Below are positions 30,001 through 39,212 of a stretch of DNA of 64,000 bases, one piece after another (position 1 is the first letter of the stretch; each line of letters starts with the position of its first letter). This DNA is from Candidatus Woesearchaeota archaeon. GTDB taxonomy: Archaea; Nanobdellota; Nanobdellia; Woesearchaeales; GW2011-AR15. Location: assembly GCA_038874655.1 (NCBI GenBank), contig JAVZBY010000003.1:125200-189199 (forward strand), written 5' to 3'. The position numbers were made by a program, and so were the translations under genes. Below the pieces are notes generated by a model. That model was not told where the DNA came from. It saw only the letters and a list, made by a program, of their open reading frames with translations, and did not search any database.

Positions 30001-31642
30001 TATCATAAATATTTAAAGACTCTGTATCTGTTTTTCCGATATTATTAAATATTGCTGTTAAATCTGCATCATCTACTACATTTGAACTTTCTCCTTCTGT
30101 ATTAACATTACATTTTAAACATATATTTTGACAAGTTTCATCTATATATCTTATCCAAACACCATACCTTGGTCTTCCTAAAATATTTGTTATCTCAACT
30201 TCTTTACAAACCTTTTTTACACCTTGTGAGCAATATGCAAAATTTTCTTCTCTACATTTACCTTGCTCATCTACACAAAGATGTGTATTATTAATACAAC
30301 ATGAAGAAGGATTATTACTCAATTGACCTATTTCTGAATATTGCATATATGCTGGATTTACAGAATTATAAGTATTAATTGAAACATAATAGTCAATTGG
30401 TATTTCCTTATTATCATCTCCACAACACAATCCTTGAATATCTTCTAACCCCTCAACTTCTTCATTGGGTTTAAAAGTATCTTTACCATAATAACATTGA
30501 TTTTCATTTTCACAATCAAACCATTTTGATTTAATAAAGTGATAAACATATTGTGGTGTCTCAGGTGTATTTGACATAGATACAAACTCTTTAATAATTA
30601 CTTTATCTGTACAATTCCCTTCATTTACATCCAAATCAAGCCACCCTCCTTGAATACCATTTCTTGAATAACAATATTCTATTTCATTATCACCATCTGC
30701 ATCAATTAAAGTGCCAACTGGATGTCCTTTTTTATTAATGTCAACACAATCTGTATTCCTGTAACTACAATTTATAATATTTGTATTTGAATTACATTCA
30801 TCCCAATTATATACTAAATTATTCTCATAAAAATAATAATAAGTATAATCATAAGGATTTTCATCTCTTCCAGTTTCAAAAACATAATAATCAAAATCAG
30901 GATTAATATTATCATTAACTTTTGGACAATAGAAGAAATTTTCATATCTTATTGGAACAATCACTTCTTCTGTAACATCATATGTATTTGTGTCTAATGC
31001 GGTTTTTATTTCATTTCTATTACCTTTAACTATAACCCTTAAAGGAGTATTAGAAACAATACTTTGTGTAATTGCTTCATTAGGAACTTGAATCTCTTCC
31101 CTAAATGCATATGCATTTCCAACATTATTATAAACTAAATCCTCATTATCCCAACTTTTATCAACTGTTATAGTATCTCCACAATATGTACAAGCTACTT
31201 CTAAAATAAATTTTTTTGAATTAGGACTATTATTCAAACAAATCTCTGAAACAGAAGCAGTTAAAGATGCTGGCGGATAATTACAAACATTATTATTACA
31301 TATGCCATAATAGCCACACTTTGTTCCTAATCCAGAACATGTGCCACAATTATTAGTTGGTGTTATTTGTACACCACATTGCACTTGAGATGCAGGTGGA
31401 CATTGAGGTGTACATGATGAACCCTCATTATATTGTCCACAACAACACGCTAAAACACCATTATCATCTCTACATCCATCAAAGCCAGGTTTACAGTTTG
31501 GATAAGTATATTGAATATCTCCCTGACAACAATATTGACTACATAATTTAGCATTAGAGGGAAATAAAAATATTATAAAAAAAATTAAATATATTATATA
31601 ATAAAAATTGTTAAACTTATAATTCTCTTTCATATACCCCAC
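27068..31642 (-). CDS. Giant secreted Cys-rich protein with a dockerin-like domain, CxxGTxLCxDGTC repeats, DNDCDG motifs and a C-terminal Ig/CARDB-like region
   Basis: Signal peptide; paired loops NVNTEGESSNVVDDADL / DINSDGAITDADV at about 29941-30112; five or more CPxGTxLC repeats; no C-terminal TM segment. Confidence 0.85.
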   Translation of the reverse strand: MGYMKENYKFNNFYYIIYLIFFIIFLFPSNAKLCSQYCCQGDIQYTYPNCKPGFDGCRDDNGVLACCCGQYNEGSSCTPQCPPASQVQCGVQITPTNNCGTCSGLGTKCGYYGICNNNVCNYPPASLTASVSEICLNNSPNSKKFILEVACTYCGDTITVDKSWDNEDLVYNNVGNAYAFREEIQVPNEAITQSIVSNTPLRVIVKGNRNEIKTALDTNTYDVTEEVIVPIRYENFFYCPKVNDNINPDFDYYVFETGRDENPYDYTYYYFYENNLVYNWDECNSNTNIINCSYRNTDCVDINKKGHPVGTLIDADGDNEIEYCYSRNGIQGGWLDLDVNEGNCTDKVIIKEFVSMSNTPETPQYVYHFIKSKWFDCENENQCYYGKDTFKPNEEVEGLEDIQGLCCGDDNKEIPIDYYVSINTYNSVNPAYMQYSEIGQLSNNPSSCCINNTHLCVDEQGKCREENFAYCSQGVKKVCKEVEITNILGRPRYGVWIRYIDETCQNICLKCNVNTEGESSNVVDDADLTAIFNNIGKTDTESLNIYDINSDGAITDADVMSCNSCVGENVNICGNEKLESVEECDVINNRPVFGNNCNEFLCSQNSKKVSQRIGCADCNCLYDLPKCVKNKCGAQCGNDQDCGEGKTCNLNTCSCELKGCPVGTGLCQDGTCSSDCKETDTDFMGCIGDPDGNCVEGEGCACSDCLGKQDGCVLGAVCDTNFLCQCPLGTTLCQEGTCSENCKETDTASKGCNIRNGICEEGEGCACVDCSNKKDSCAQGLVCDYLNEKCSLPCVKTENFESTLNDGVDNDCDGLIDEPEFLQGYGVYIWDSNCNYFVCTYSDDSIQHNITIRINSEKSMLVKELNNFDLNQDSYQLRDNNKEVLYLSKVKNDLDCLVIKTDSVMNFNVNFEGLVNLRKVYLTQRKINPITNPFSYSNPLCTSGCDKPENCGKQTIIPPFLEGCSAEKCLFDCGGYWINTSTIFDALFPTSNLGDYCENCKSNMKCSNYTNEISCVFDPCRASLTQFGCVWNGSNCNDAFKQCLPGTALCKDGTCSRNCLETDSGFAGCINRNGKCEIGEGCACEDCRNKQDSCVQGAICSFGLCGCPVGTTLCNDNTCNETCANHGGVKGCIVEDGFCQLGEGCGCKDCHDLRDGCVLGAKCNYFTSLCVEDRTYYCDEGTVLCNDNTCDATCENHGGKKGCIGQPNGECEIGEGCACEDCYEKRDSCKSGLLCNSNTKLCYKPTTQNQQPVCVDLDNDGYYKILSTCSGSNDCNDNDYNINPGRMELCNNIDDNCNGQVDENCLLNEELFTITINTKNVVNVLDSVLVKVKLKNNLNRELEDLVISLEAPNKIDVKNNNLIIKKITAGEEKEINFVVLVKDYTSSKAILKLYIKNNNDLLAQKDIELEVVIPEFEIRAMPDSRFNKGNMVCYDLYYIVNNRDYEGYSDIELDIHDPSTIFGKSVIVDYMRSVYIQGIVIEPLLSNPYCVREGINYKINAYLYKGGSFRIINKVAESSVDLES

Positions 31643-31763
31643 CTTCTAAAAGTATTATTTTATTTTTAAAACATTATTAATTAATTTTTAATAAAAGTAA
31701 TCTCATTTTTTACATATATAAACTTTTCGCTCCTAGATAAATTATATCCTAAAAATATCATTT

Positions 31764-32837
31764 CTAATTCACATTCTTTATTAATATCAAAGCACCTTTT
31801 TTTGTATCTGGTAAATCTTCAATGGAATATGCGTTAAAATTACAATCTAATAACCTTAAATTACTATCACCAAATAATTCATCAAAATTAATATTAGTTT
31901 CTGTATCATCATTAACATTTTTTGCTTTAAATGTCAATTTAGCTATACTTCCTGAACCAGAAGCACATTCATTACCTATAACTCCTAAACTAAATCTTCC
32001 CTCACTTGGACTTATCAATGGATAAGAAATACTGTTTATTTCTTTATGAGAATTATCTAAATTAACAACAAAAACAGAATCAAATAAACTATTTTCATTA
32101 TAAGATGACGATGTAATTATACCAGTCCTTTCAAGAGATATAAAATTAGGGTCATACTTTATAGTAATTTGTATAGATCTTAAATTATTAACACAATAAA
32201 GATTCAAATACAAATCAAACTCATTGTTCTCATTAACAATTACATCATATTTGCTGTAAATATTGCTTTGTTTTGATTCCAAACTAGCTTGATTTTTAGA
32301 AATTCTTATTCCATCTTTATCACTTTTAGTTATACAATGTCTATTAGTAGTTTCATTAATCTTTTCTGCAAAATTCCCTTTCACAAAAGTAGGCAAAATA
32401 CTATTATAGGTTTTTTTCACTTTTTTATTTCCGCCTAAATAATATTTATCAAAAATAATTAAGGTTATTTCATCATTGCTTAAATTAAGTGTATATTCAT
32501 ATCCCATTAATCGTGTTGGTAATTCAAATTCCCTATAATAATTATTATGCATTGATGAAGCAATAATAATTTCATTTTTTATATCATTAATCAAATTAAT
32601 AATCTCTTGATTTTCTTTTTCTTGGCTAATCTCAGAAATTCTATTTGTAATTAAATATATAAAACCAGTTATAACTAAAAAAACAATACCAAAAATTAAT
32701 ATAAATTCAAAGGATATCTGAGCTATTTTAGCTATTTTAAAGTATTTAAGCAAACCTTCTTTTGTTATAGTTTTATTAATTTTTTTCATTTTAAAAACAT
32801 CAATTTTCACAGAGACTTTAATCAAGTTTCTTGACAA
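31764..32837 (-). CDS. Type IV pilin-like protein with a C-terminal cohesin-like domain
   Basis: KIAQ-ISFEFILIFGIVFLVI class III signal; C-terminal EFDLYLNL...LRSIQITIKYDPNFI...SGSGSIAKLTFKAK...INF. True start may be 32789. Confidence 0.7.
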   Translation of the reverse strand: MSRNLIKVSVKIDVFKMKKINKTITKEGLLKYFKIAKIAQISFEFILIFGIVFLVITGFIYLITNRISEISQEKENQEIINLINDIKNEIIIASSMHNNYYREFELPTRLMGYEYTLNLSNDEITLIIFDKYYLGGNKKVKKTYNSILPTFVKGNFAEKINETTNRHCITKSDKDGIRISKNQASLESKQSNIYSKYDVIVNENNEFDLYLNLYCVNNLRSIQITIKYDPNFISLERTGIITSSSYNENSLFDSVFVVNLDNSHKEINSISYPLISPSEGRFSLGVIGNECASGSGSIAKLTFKAKNVNDDTETNINFDELFGDSNLRLLDCNFNAYSIEDLPDTKKGALILIKNVN

Positions 32838-33610
32838 CCATTTTTACAAATACCTTTTCCTTTAAAATTATCACTTTTACTTAATTTATTTAAAACAGAT
32901 GCTTCGTCATCATTATTAGTATCAATCAACCAACTATTTGTAATTTTACCTCTATTTCCTGCTGAATCATAACTATAAATTCCATAAACACTTATCTTTA
33001 TTATTTTATTAGTTTTCCCTTTCCATGAAGCAAAATTAGTTTTATCTGCTATTTCATAATTAAAAGTTCCATTTAATTCTAATGTCCATGGATCAATTTG
33101 CTTAATAAAATTTCCAAAAAAAGAAACATTTAATTTTTTCAATTCAATATTTAAGTAAGAAAAATTTTTTTCTAAATCACTTTTTAAATTAGTAAACAAA
33201 TATCTTTTGTCAATGTAATTCAATTGTGTTAAATTATAATCTCTATTATTAACAGTCAAATTACCATCATAAAAAACATCTGGAAATGCTGATAAGAAAG
33301 ATTTAATATAATTTTGATTAAACCCATTATCATAATAAAAATGTGATAAACCAATTATGACTTCTTTAGAACTAATATATAACATGTTTTCTAAATAATA
33401 ATTTTCAAAATCATTCACAAATGAATTTAAAACTTTTAACCTTGCTCTTGTAGCATCAAGATCTGAAACTTTTTCATATCTTTTTGAGTTTAAATCAATA
33501 GTTGCTAAAAATAAAAAAACAAATAAAATAGAAGTAATTGTAAAAAAAACAGACTTTTTATTATTTTTTAATCTAAATTTTTTTAATTTAATTAAGATTC
33601 TATTTTTCAT
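32822..33610 (-). CDS. Pilin-like (class III signal) protein
   Basis: KKS-VFFTITSILFVFLFL; part of an overlapping gene cluster. Confidence 0.65.
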   Translation of the reverse strand: MKNRILIKLKKFRLKNNKKSVFFTITSILFVFLFLATIDLNSKRYEKVSDLDATRARLKVLNSFVNDFENYYLENMLYISSKEVIIGLSHFYYDNGFNQNYIKSFLSAFPDVFYDGNLTVNNRDYNLTQLNYIDKRYLFTNLKSDLEKNFSYLNIELKKLNVSFFGNFIKQIDPWTLELNGTFNYEIADKTNFASWKGKTNKIIKISVYGIYSYDSAGNRGKITNSWLIDTNNDDEASVLNKLSKSDNFKGKGICKNGCQET

Positions 33611-34181
33611 TCCAAAAAAGCACCTCTACTAAATAAGGGCCAAATTTAATAAAACTACCATCATTTGGATTTTCATAATACCCAAAAACAATAGTTTGTC
33701 TATTAATTATTTGCTCAGCTTTTTGAAATTTATCACCTTTTGAAAAAATCTCTTCATTGTTTATTCTTATTTTAAGTCCATATCTATCATCAACTAAATT
33801 ATATGTGTCTATAAAATCTTTAATTAATAATTTTATTTGAGCTCTATTATTTTTATTATATAACTCACCAATAATGGTAATTAAAGTTTGATTAATATTT
33901 ACATTATTATGTATTGCTGTTAAATTATTAAAATTGCAATTTCCTGCATTACACAAATCTTCACCCTTAACATTAGTTATTAAATCATAAAAATTGTCTG
34001 CTATATTATCCATAGTTATAGCATTACTTTCCGCCCTATAACTTGAAAATAATAATAAATACCCCATAATCAATATAATTATCCCAAAAATTCCATCAAT
34101 TATGAAAAATTGTGCTTTTTTATATCTCATTTTGCATAACTTTTTACAAATATAATTATTTGCCATCTTTACTCTGCACAT
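33600..34181 (-). CDS. Pilin-like (class III signal) protein
   Basis: KKAQ-FFIIDGIFGIIILIM; true start is probably 34166 or 34130. Confidence 0.7.
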   Translation of the reverse strand: MCRVKMANNYICKKLCKMRYKKAQFFIIDGIFGIIILIMGYLLLFSSYRAESNAITMDNIADNFYDLITNVKGEDLCNAGNCNFNNLTAIHNNVNINQTLITIIGELYNKNNRAQIKLLIKDFIDTYNLVDDRYGLKIRINNEEIFSKGDKFQKAEQIINRQTIVFGYYENPNDGSFIKFGPYLVEVLFWNEK

Positions 34182-34723
34182 ATATAAACATTAAAAGTAT
34201 AAATATCCTTTTGATTATTATAATCATAAAGAACATTTCTCTTAATAAGTATTGATTCTTTCAACGAACATTTTGGATTAGCAACTATATTATTTAAATC
34301 AGAATCTCCACATAAAATCCTTTCTCCAATAGTTAAAAAATAAACATAATTATTATTATAATTAGGAAAAACTGCCCTGCTTTTTATTATCCTATTGTTT
34401 TTATCTTGTAGATATAAACAATAAGAAATCCTCTTAACAGAATTCGTTGTTAAATCTTTAAAAAAAAAGTCATATAAAACATTATTATCCTCATTAAAAA
34501 AAGCATCTAGCTTATTATTATCAATTTTAATTCCATCTAAAAAATCTTTTTCCTCATCATAAATTTCATTTAACTTATTAAACATTAACTCATATTGAAT
34601 ATCCAATTTTTTTTCAGATGTCAAAAAAAAAGCATTATTCAATCCATAAAAAAATAAGGATACTGCAAATATATATAAAATAAAAGTCATAACAAAATCC
34701 ATACTAATAATTTGAGATTTCAT
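34169..34723 (-). CDS. Pilin-like (class III signal) protein
   Basis: MKSQ-IISMDFVMTFILYIFAV. Confidence 0.7.
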   Translation of the reverse strand: MKSQIISMDFVMTFILYIFAVSLFFYGLNNAFFLTSEKKLDIQYELMFNKLNEIYDEEKDFLDGIKIDNNKLDAFFNEDNNVLYDFFFKDLTTNSVKRISYCLYLQDKNNRIIKSRAVFPNYNNNYVYFLTIGERILCGDSDLNNIVANPKCSLKESILIKRNVLYDYNNQKDIYTFNVYICAE

Positions 34724-34735
34724 TTTTTACAAATT

Positions 34736-35290
34736 TTAACTATATTCTTGTTTTGAGATATTAACACAAATCTTTTGTATTACATTATTATTTTGATATT
34801 TATAAATACAATTTGGGATTACATCCAAGTAAATACCTTTTAAACCTTCTCCATATATACTTTTTTTTAAACATTTACAATCATTATCAATACAAAGTTC
34901 ATCTGGATTTATATCGCAATTATCACCATACAATGGAACACTAGACTCATACATAACTTTATTTTCCCCTCCTGTTGTAATATATTTAAAAATCAAATAT
35001 GTTTCATTTCCACCTTTAACATTTAATATATACATATTAGTAATACCCGAAGGCATCTCAAAAGTTAAGGTTGTTCTAGATGAAACACCATAATAATAAA
35101 TTTTTCTTGCATTATTTATAATTAAATTAGAAATTTGATTTAGTTTATTATTAATTGCAAAATCATTGCTTTGGAAAACATAATTTCTAAAAACATAAAT
35201 TCCAGAAAGCAAAATAGCTAATGCAATAGCAATCATTAAAACATATTCCATTGCAAACTGAGATTTACCCCTTTTTTTAAAAATCTTCAT
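34736..35290 (-). CDS. Type IV pilin-like (class III signal) protein
   Basis: KRGKSQ-FAMEYVLMIAIALAIL, with Glu at +5. Confidence 0.75.
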   Translation of the reverse strand: MKIFKKRGKSQFAMEYVLMIAIALAILLSGIYVFRNYVFQSNDFAINNKLNQISNLIINNARKIYYYGVSSRTTLTFEMPSGITNMYILNVKGGNETYLIFKYITTGGENKVMYESSVPLYGDNCDINPDELCIDNDCKCLKKSIYGEGLKGIYLDVIPNCIYKYQNNNVIQKICVNISKQEYS

Positions 35291-35397
35291 AAAAAATAAT
35301 TAGGAATCTTTCTTTAAATAATTTTTGATAAATTTTATACAGAATTCATGATAAATTTCATATAGTATATAGCAAAAAATAAAAAAAAGAAAAAATA

Positions 35398-35487
35398 CGC
35401 AGCTGAGAGGATTTGAACCCCCGACCTACTGCTTAGGAGGCAGTCGCTCTTTTTGGCTTACTTGTATCCAAGCTGAGCTACAGCTGC
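35398..35487 (-). tRNA. tRNA-Arg(CCT) with a 15-nt D-loop intron (35451-35465)
   Basis: GCAGCTG/CAGCTGC acceptor stem, ACTGC-CTCCTAA-GCAGT anticodon arm; BHB-like TTGG-AT|A ... CCAA-AA|A. Confidence 0.92.
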
Positions 35488-35612
35488 ATACTAATTATAA
35501 ATAAATATAAAAAAATATAAAACAAAAAAAAAGAAAAAAAACTATTTTAAAAATATTGTTAATCTATATGATAAAAACATAAAATTAAAAAGAATAAAAA
35601 AATTTTTTTGAT

Positions 35613-36035
35613 TTATTTACCCCAAGCTAAAATACCCCATATAACAAAATTTACAATGGGTATCATCATTAATATTGCCCACCAACCTGGTTTTTGTCTT
35701 GCTTCGCAAATTTTCCATTGTGCCATTATTGAAACTACCATTAAAGTTAGTGATGCAAAAAAGTTTATAAAAGGTATAATTAGAGCTATTATCAATAACA
35801 TTAACATTGGGTTCATTTTAGCCATTTTTAGCATCAAATAAAAATTAGCTATTGGAATCCATGCTAACCATGCATTTTGTACATTCAATCTTTGTGCTGT
35901 TTTCATCAATGCTAAAGACATATAGACATATACTGCTACTGAAAACAAAACTAAAAAAACCATCATCCCCATTAATAATCCTAATAACCCTGCTGCACTA
36001 TCTCCAAAAACCACATCATTGTATTGCAATAACAT
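35613..36035 (-). CDS. Membrane protein (DUF5684-like)
   Basis: ALMKTAQR...AWLAWIPIANFY...GWWAILMMIPIVNFV. Confidence 0.75.
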   Translation of the reverse strand: MLLQYNDVVFGDSAAGLLGLLMGMMVFLVLFSVAVYVYMSLALMKTAQRLNVQNAWLAWIPIANFYLMLKMAKMNPMLMLLIIALIIPFINFFASLTLMVVSIMAQWKICEARQKPGWWAILMMIPIVNFVIWGILAWGK

Positions 36036-36144
36036 TTTATCACCTCATAATATAAATAAAATTTAGAATTTAAATATTTTTTTATTCAATCTTTTGTAAT
36101 ATTTATGTAAAAATTTTAAAAAGATTTAAAATTTCAATCATAAA

Positions 36145-37143
36145 ATGAAACTAAAATTAATTCCTCTATTTATATTTGGATTTATAATTATTTCATTAAT
36201 TTACAGTCATTTTGGTTTAAAAGATGCACTAGACGCATTTAAAAAATTTACAATATTACCTTTAATTGCTTTTATAATAATTGCTATTATAATTGACTAT
36301 TTGTTAACTTACAGATGGAAACTCATATTAGAAGCAAACAACATAAAAATAAATTTTCTAAAAATATGGCAATATAGGCTAAGTGGTTTTGCAATTGGTT
36401 ATTTAAGTCCTCAACCAAATATTGGTGGAGATCCTATAAGAGCAATATTATTAAAAAAAGATAAAGTAAAATTCAAAAAAGCTTTATCAACAGTAATAAT
36501 TGATAGAAGTATTCAAACATTAACAGATTTAATTTTTGCATTTATAATGATTCTAATTATTTTTTTTTCAATAAAAATCTCATTAAAAACAAAAATCCTT
36601 TTATTTTTAATTGTTAGTTTCCCATTATTAATAATTATATATTATTTCACTGCAATGAAAAAAAACAAACCCTTTTTTAGCAAGTTATTTAAAAGATTTA
36701 AAAAAATACAACAAAACTTAATTGAAATAGAAAAAATAATTTCTAATTTTCACAGAAAAAAAAACCACATATTTATAAAAACATTATTAATAAATTTTTT
36801 AGTCCTACTCTTGATTATAATTCAATATGTATTCATATTAATGCTTCTAAATATTAATATTAATATAATCACTATTTTTTTATTAATAATAAGTATAACT
36901 ATTGCATCTGCTGTTCCCTTACCTATGAACATGGGTGCTCTTGAAATTTCACAAATTACAGCTCTTAGCTTTTTAAAAATAGATCAAGCAATTGGATTAT
37001 CAATAAGTATTTTAATAAGATTTTTAGATTTAACAAAAACAATTATAGGGCTAAACAGTTTATTTTACTTTGGATTTAATTTTGAAAAGATATTAAAAAT
37101 TTTAAAGATTAAAAATGACAAAAAAAATAATAAAGAAAAATAA
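36145..37143 (+). CDS. Lysylphosphatidylglycerol synthase TM / flippase-like protein (UPF0104)
   Basis: YRWKLIL, PNIGGDPIRA, IIDR, PMNMGALE, ILIR motifs. Confidence 0.88.
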   Translation: MKLKLIPLFIFGFIIISLIYSHFGLKDALDAFKKFTILPLIAFIIIAIIIDYLLTYRWKLILEANNIKINFLKIWQYRLSGFAIGYLSPQPNIGGDPIRAILLKKDKVKFKKALSTVIIDRSIQTLTDLIFAFIMILIIFFSIKISLKTKILLFLIVSFPLLIIIYYFTAMKKNKPFFSKLFKRFKKIQQNLIEIEKIISNFHRKKNHIFIKTLLINFLVLLLIIIQYVFILMLLNININIITIFLLIISITIASAVPLPMNMGALEISQITALSFLKIDQAIGLSISILIRFLDLTKTIIGLNSLFYFGFNFEKILKILKIKNDKKNNKEK

Positions 37144-37867
37144 AAAAAATATTAAACAATCAAATAAGGCTACTGAAAAAATAAAAAATCTTTTATTAGA
37201 ATATGAATCAAAAAAAGATAAAATAAGAAAAAGATTAGATGATTTCATAAAGTTTTATAATGAGGATTATTCTTGGTTTTATGAAAATAATGAGTTAATA
37301 TTAAAAAAAATTAATAAAAATAATGATGAAAGAATTTTTGAAGAACTTTGTTTCTGTATTTTAACTGCTAATGGTTCTGCACTAACAGGGATAAAAGCAA
37401 TTCAGTATTCTAGAGATATTTTAATAAATGGAACAAAAGAAGAAATACAAAAAAAGTTAAAAGAATCTGGGGTTAGATTTCATAATAGAGCAGAGTATAT
37501 TTTTCATAATAGAGAAAAACTAAAAAAAGATTATAATTTTGAAATTAAAAAATTAATTGATGAAAAAAAACACAATAAACAAGAATTACGAGAATTTTTT
37601 GTTTCATACATCAAAGGTTTTAGTTATAAAGAAGCAAGTCATTTTTTAAGAAATATTGGCGTTTTTGATTATGCAATCCTTGATAAACATATTTTAAGAA
37701 CAATGTTAGAATATAAAATAATAAGAGAAATTCCTAAAACAATTACAAAAAAGAAATATTTGGAATTAGAGCAAAAATTTATTGATTTCAGCAAATTTTT
37801 GAATATTGATATGAATGAATTAGATTTATTACTTTGGCAAACCAAAACAGGAAAAATTCTTAAATAA
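37115..37867 (+). CDS. ogg: 8-oxoguanine DNA glycosylase/AP lyase (archaeal Ogg)
   Basis: FEELCFCILTAN, RFHNRAEYI, IKGFSYKEASHFLRNIG...AILDKHIL...TGKILK. Confidence 0.93.
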   Translation: MTKKIIKKNKKNIKQSNKATEKIKNLLLEYESKKDKIRKRLDDFIKFYNEDYSWFYENNELILKKINKNNDERIFEELCFCILTANGSALTGIKAIQYSRDILINGTKEEIQKKLKESGVRFHNRAEYIFHNREKLKKDYNFEIKKLIDEKKHNKQELREFFVSYIKGFSYKEASHFLRNIGVFDYAILDKHILRTMLEYKIIREIPKTITKKKYLELEQKFIDFSKFLNIDMNELDLLLWQTKTGKILK

Positions 37868-37956
37868 AAATAAATTATAAAAAAGTATAATTAAAATTTT
37901 AAAAAATTGAAATTAAAAAAAAAATACTAGAAAATACAAAAGATCATCTGAGAAAA

Positions 37957-38220
37957 ATGCCAATAAAAATAATAGCAGATTTAATAAAATTCAAAATAAA
38001 GTTTATTGCATATTTAGCAAGACATAGTAAAAAATCATTTAAGTTTTTATTTTGGATAGATGACTTTATAAGAATTTTTGCAATGACAATTTTATTTATG
38101 CTTATTGCAAGAATTCTTAATTTAAATGCTTTATTTTCAACAATACTTTTCTTTATTGGTGTTATAGTTGATATAGAAGATTTTATTAATAACAAAGGTA
38201 TAGGTAAATTAGACATTTAA
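37957..38220 (+). CDS. Small hypothetical membrane protein
   Basis: 87-aa ORF with two hydrophobic segments. Confidence 0.5.
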   Translation: MPIKIIADLIKFKIKFIAYLARHSKKSFKFLFWIDDFIRIFAMTILFMLIARILNLNALFSTILFFIGVIVDIEDFINNKGIGKLDI

Positions 38221-38278
38221 AAATAGAAAATCTAAAATTATTGAATCATTAAAAACATATAAGAATAAGCTAGTATAT

Positions 38279-38400
38279 ACGGCAGTGGTCTAACGGCATG
38301 ATAGGACCCTCCCATAAAAAAAGTATAAAACATATAATAATAAATTATGTTAATAAATTGAAGAGAGGTCTTGATCCGGGTTCAATTCCCGGCTGCCGTA
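38279..38400 (+). tRNA. tRNA-Gly(CCC) with a 51-nt canonical 37/38 intron (38315-38365)
   Basis: ACGGCAG/CTGCCGT acceptor stem, GGACC-CTCCCA|A-GGTCT anticodon arm, CCGGG-TTCAATT-CCCGG T-arm. Confidence 0.88.
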
Positions 38401-38449
38401 TGAAAAGATTTATTAAAACTAAATCTAATATTTAAATAAAGGTGAAAAA

Positions 38450-39166
38450 ATGAAAAAAAAATTATTAATTATTCTTAGTATAATTATAATAATACCTATA
38501 TTATTATTAGCCTATTTTGGTTTTGTTCCTGTTTTATCAGAATTATTTAATAAACCAGTTGATTTAGGAATCAGATATACAGAGCAGGATTTAATTTCAG
38601 CACAACAAAAATCTGGAGTAATAAAAAAAGATCTTCCTAAAAATACATTAACAGAAAAAAGCATTTATTATGAAGGTAATAACAATGTTAATACTTTTTT
38701 TACAAGCAAAGAATTAACAGCATGGGCAAACAGCCCTCATTGGAAATATTATCCATTAAAAGATGTTCAAATTAGAATAAATAATGACAACACTGCCGAA
38801 GTTTCTGGTAGAATTAAAACATCTGTTCTTGAAAATTATAAAAAATCTGTTAATCTAAAAGATGAAGAAGTTGATAAAGGTTTAAACTATATTAAATACT
38901 TGCAAAACCCAACATTTTATGCAAAAGGAAAAGTGGAAATAAAAAATAATATTGTTGAATTAGATTACGAAACTATAAAAATAAATAATTTTGAGGTTCC
39001 AAAGGAATATGATAATAAAATAGAAAGCACTTCCACAAGGACATTGTACAACATAAAAAATTCTGTAAAAGGGTTAGATGTTCTAAATGTAAAAGAAATG
39101 AAAATTGAAAATGGTCAATTAAAATTTGATGGAACATTGCCAAAAGAAGAATATGGATTAAAATAG
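38450..39166 (+). CDS. Membrane-anchored or secreted hypothetical protein
   Basis: GGTGA ribosome-binding site; N-terminal TM followed by a soluble domain (PVDLGIRYT). Confidence 0.75.
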   Translation: MKKKLLIILSIIIIIPILLLAYFGFVPVLSELFNKPVDLGIRYTEQDLISAQQKSGVIKKDLPKNTLTEKSIYYEGNNNVNTFFTSKELTAWANSPHWKYYPLKDVQIRINNDNTAEVSGRIKTSVLENYKKSVNLKDEEVDKGLNYIKYLQNPTFYAKGKVEIKNNIVELDYETIKINNFEVPKEYDNKIESTSTRTLYNIKNSVKGLDVLNVKEMKIENGQLKFDGTLPKEEYGLK

Positions 39167-39212
39167 AAATTAATAAAATTTTTATTCTTTATTTATAACT
39201 TTATTTATAAAG

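Noticed and set aside
27549-32025. Short + strand ORFs within the giant Cys-rich gene and the cohesin-pilin gene
   Set aside because: Antisense shadows with no independent motifs.
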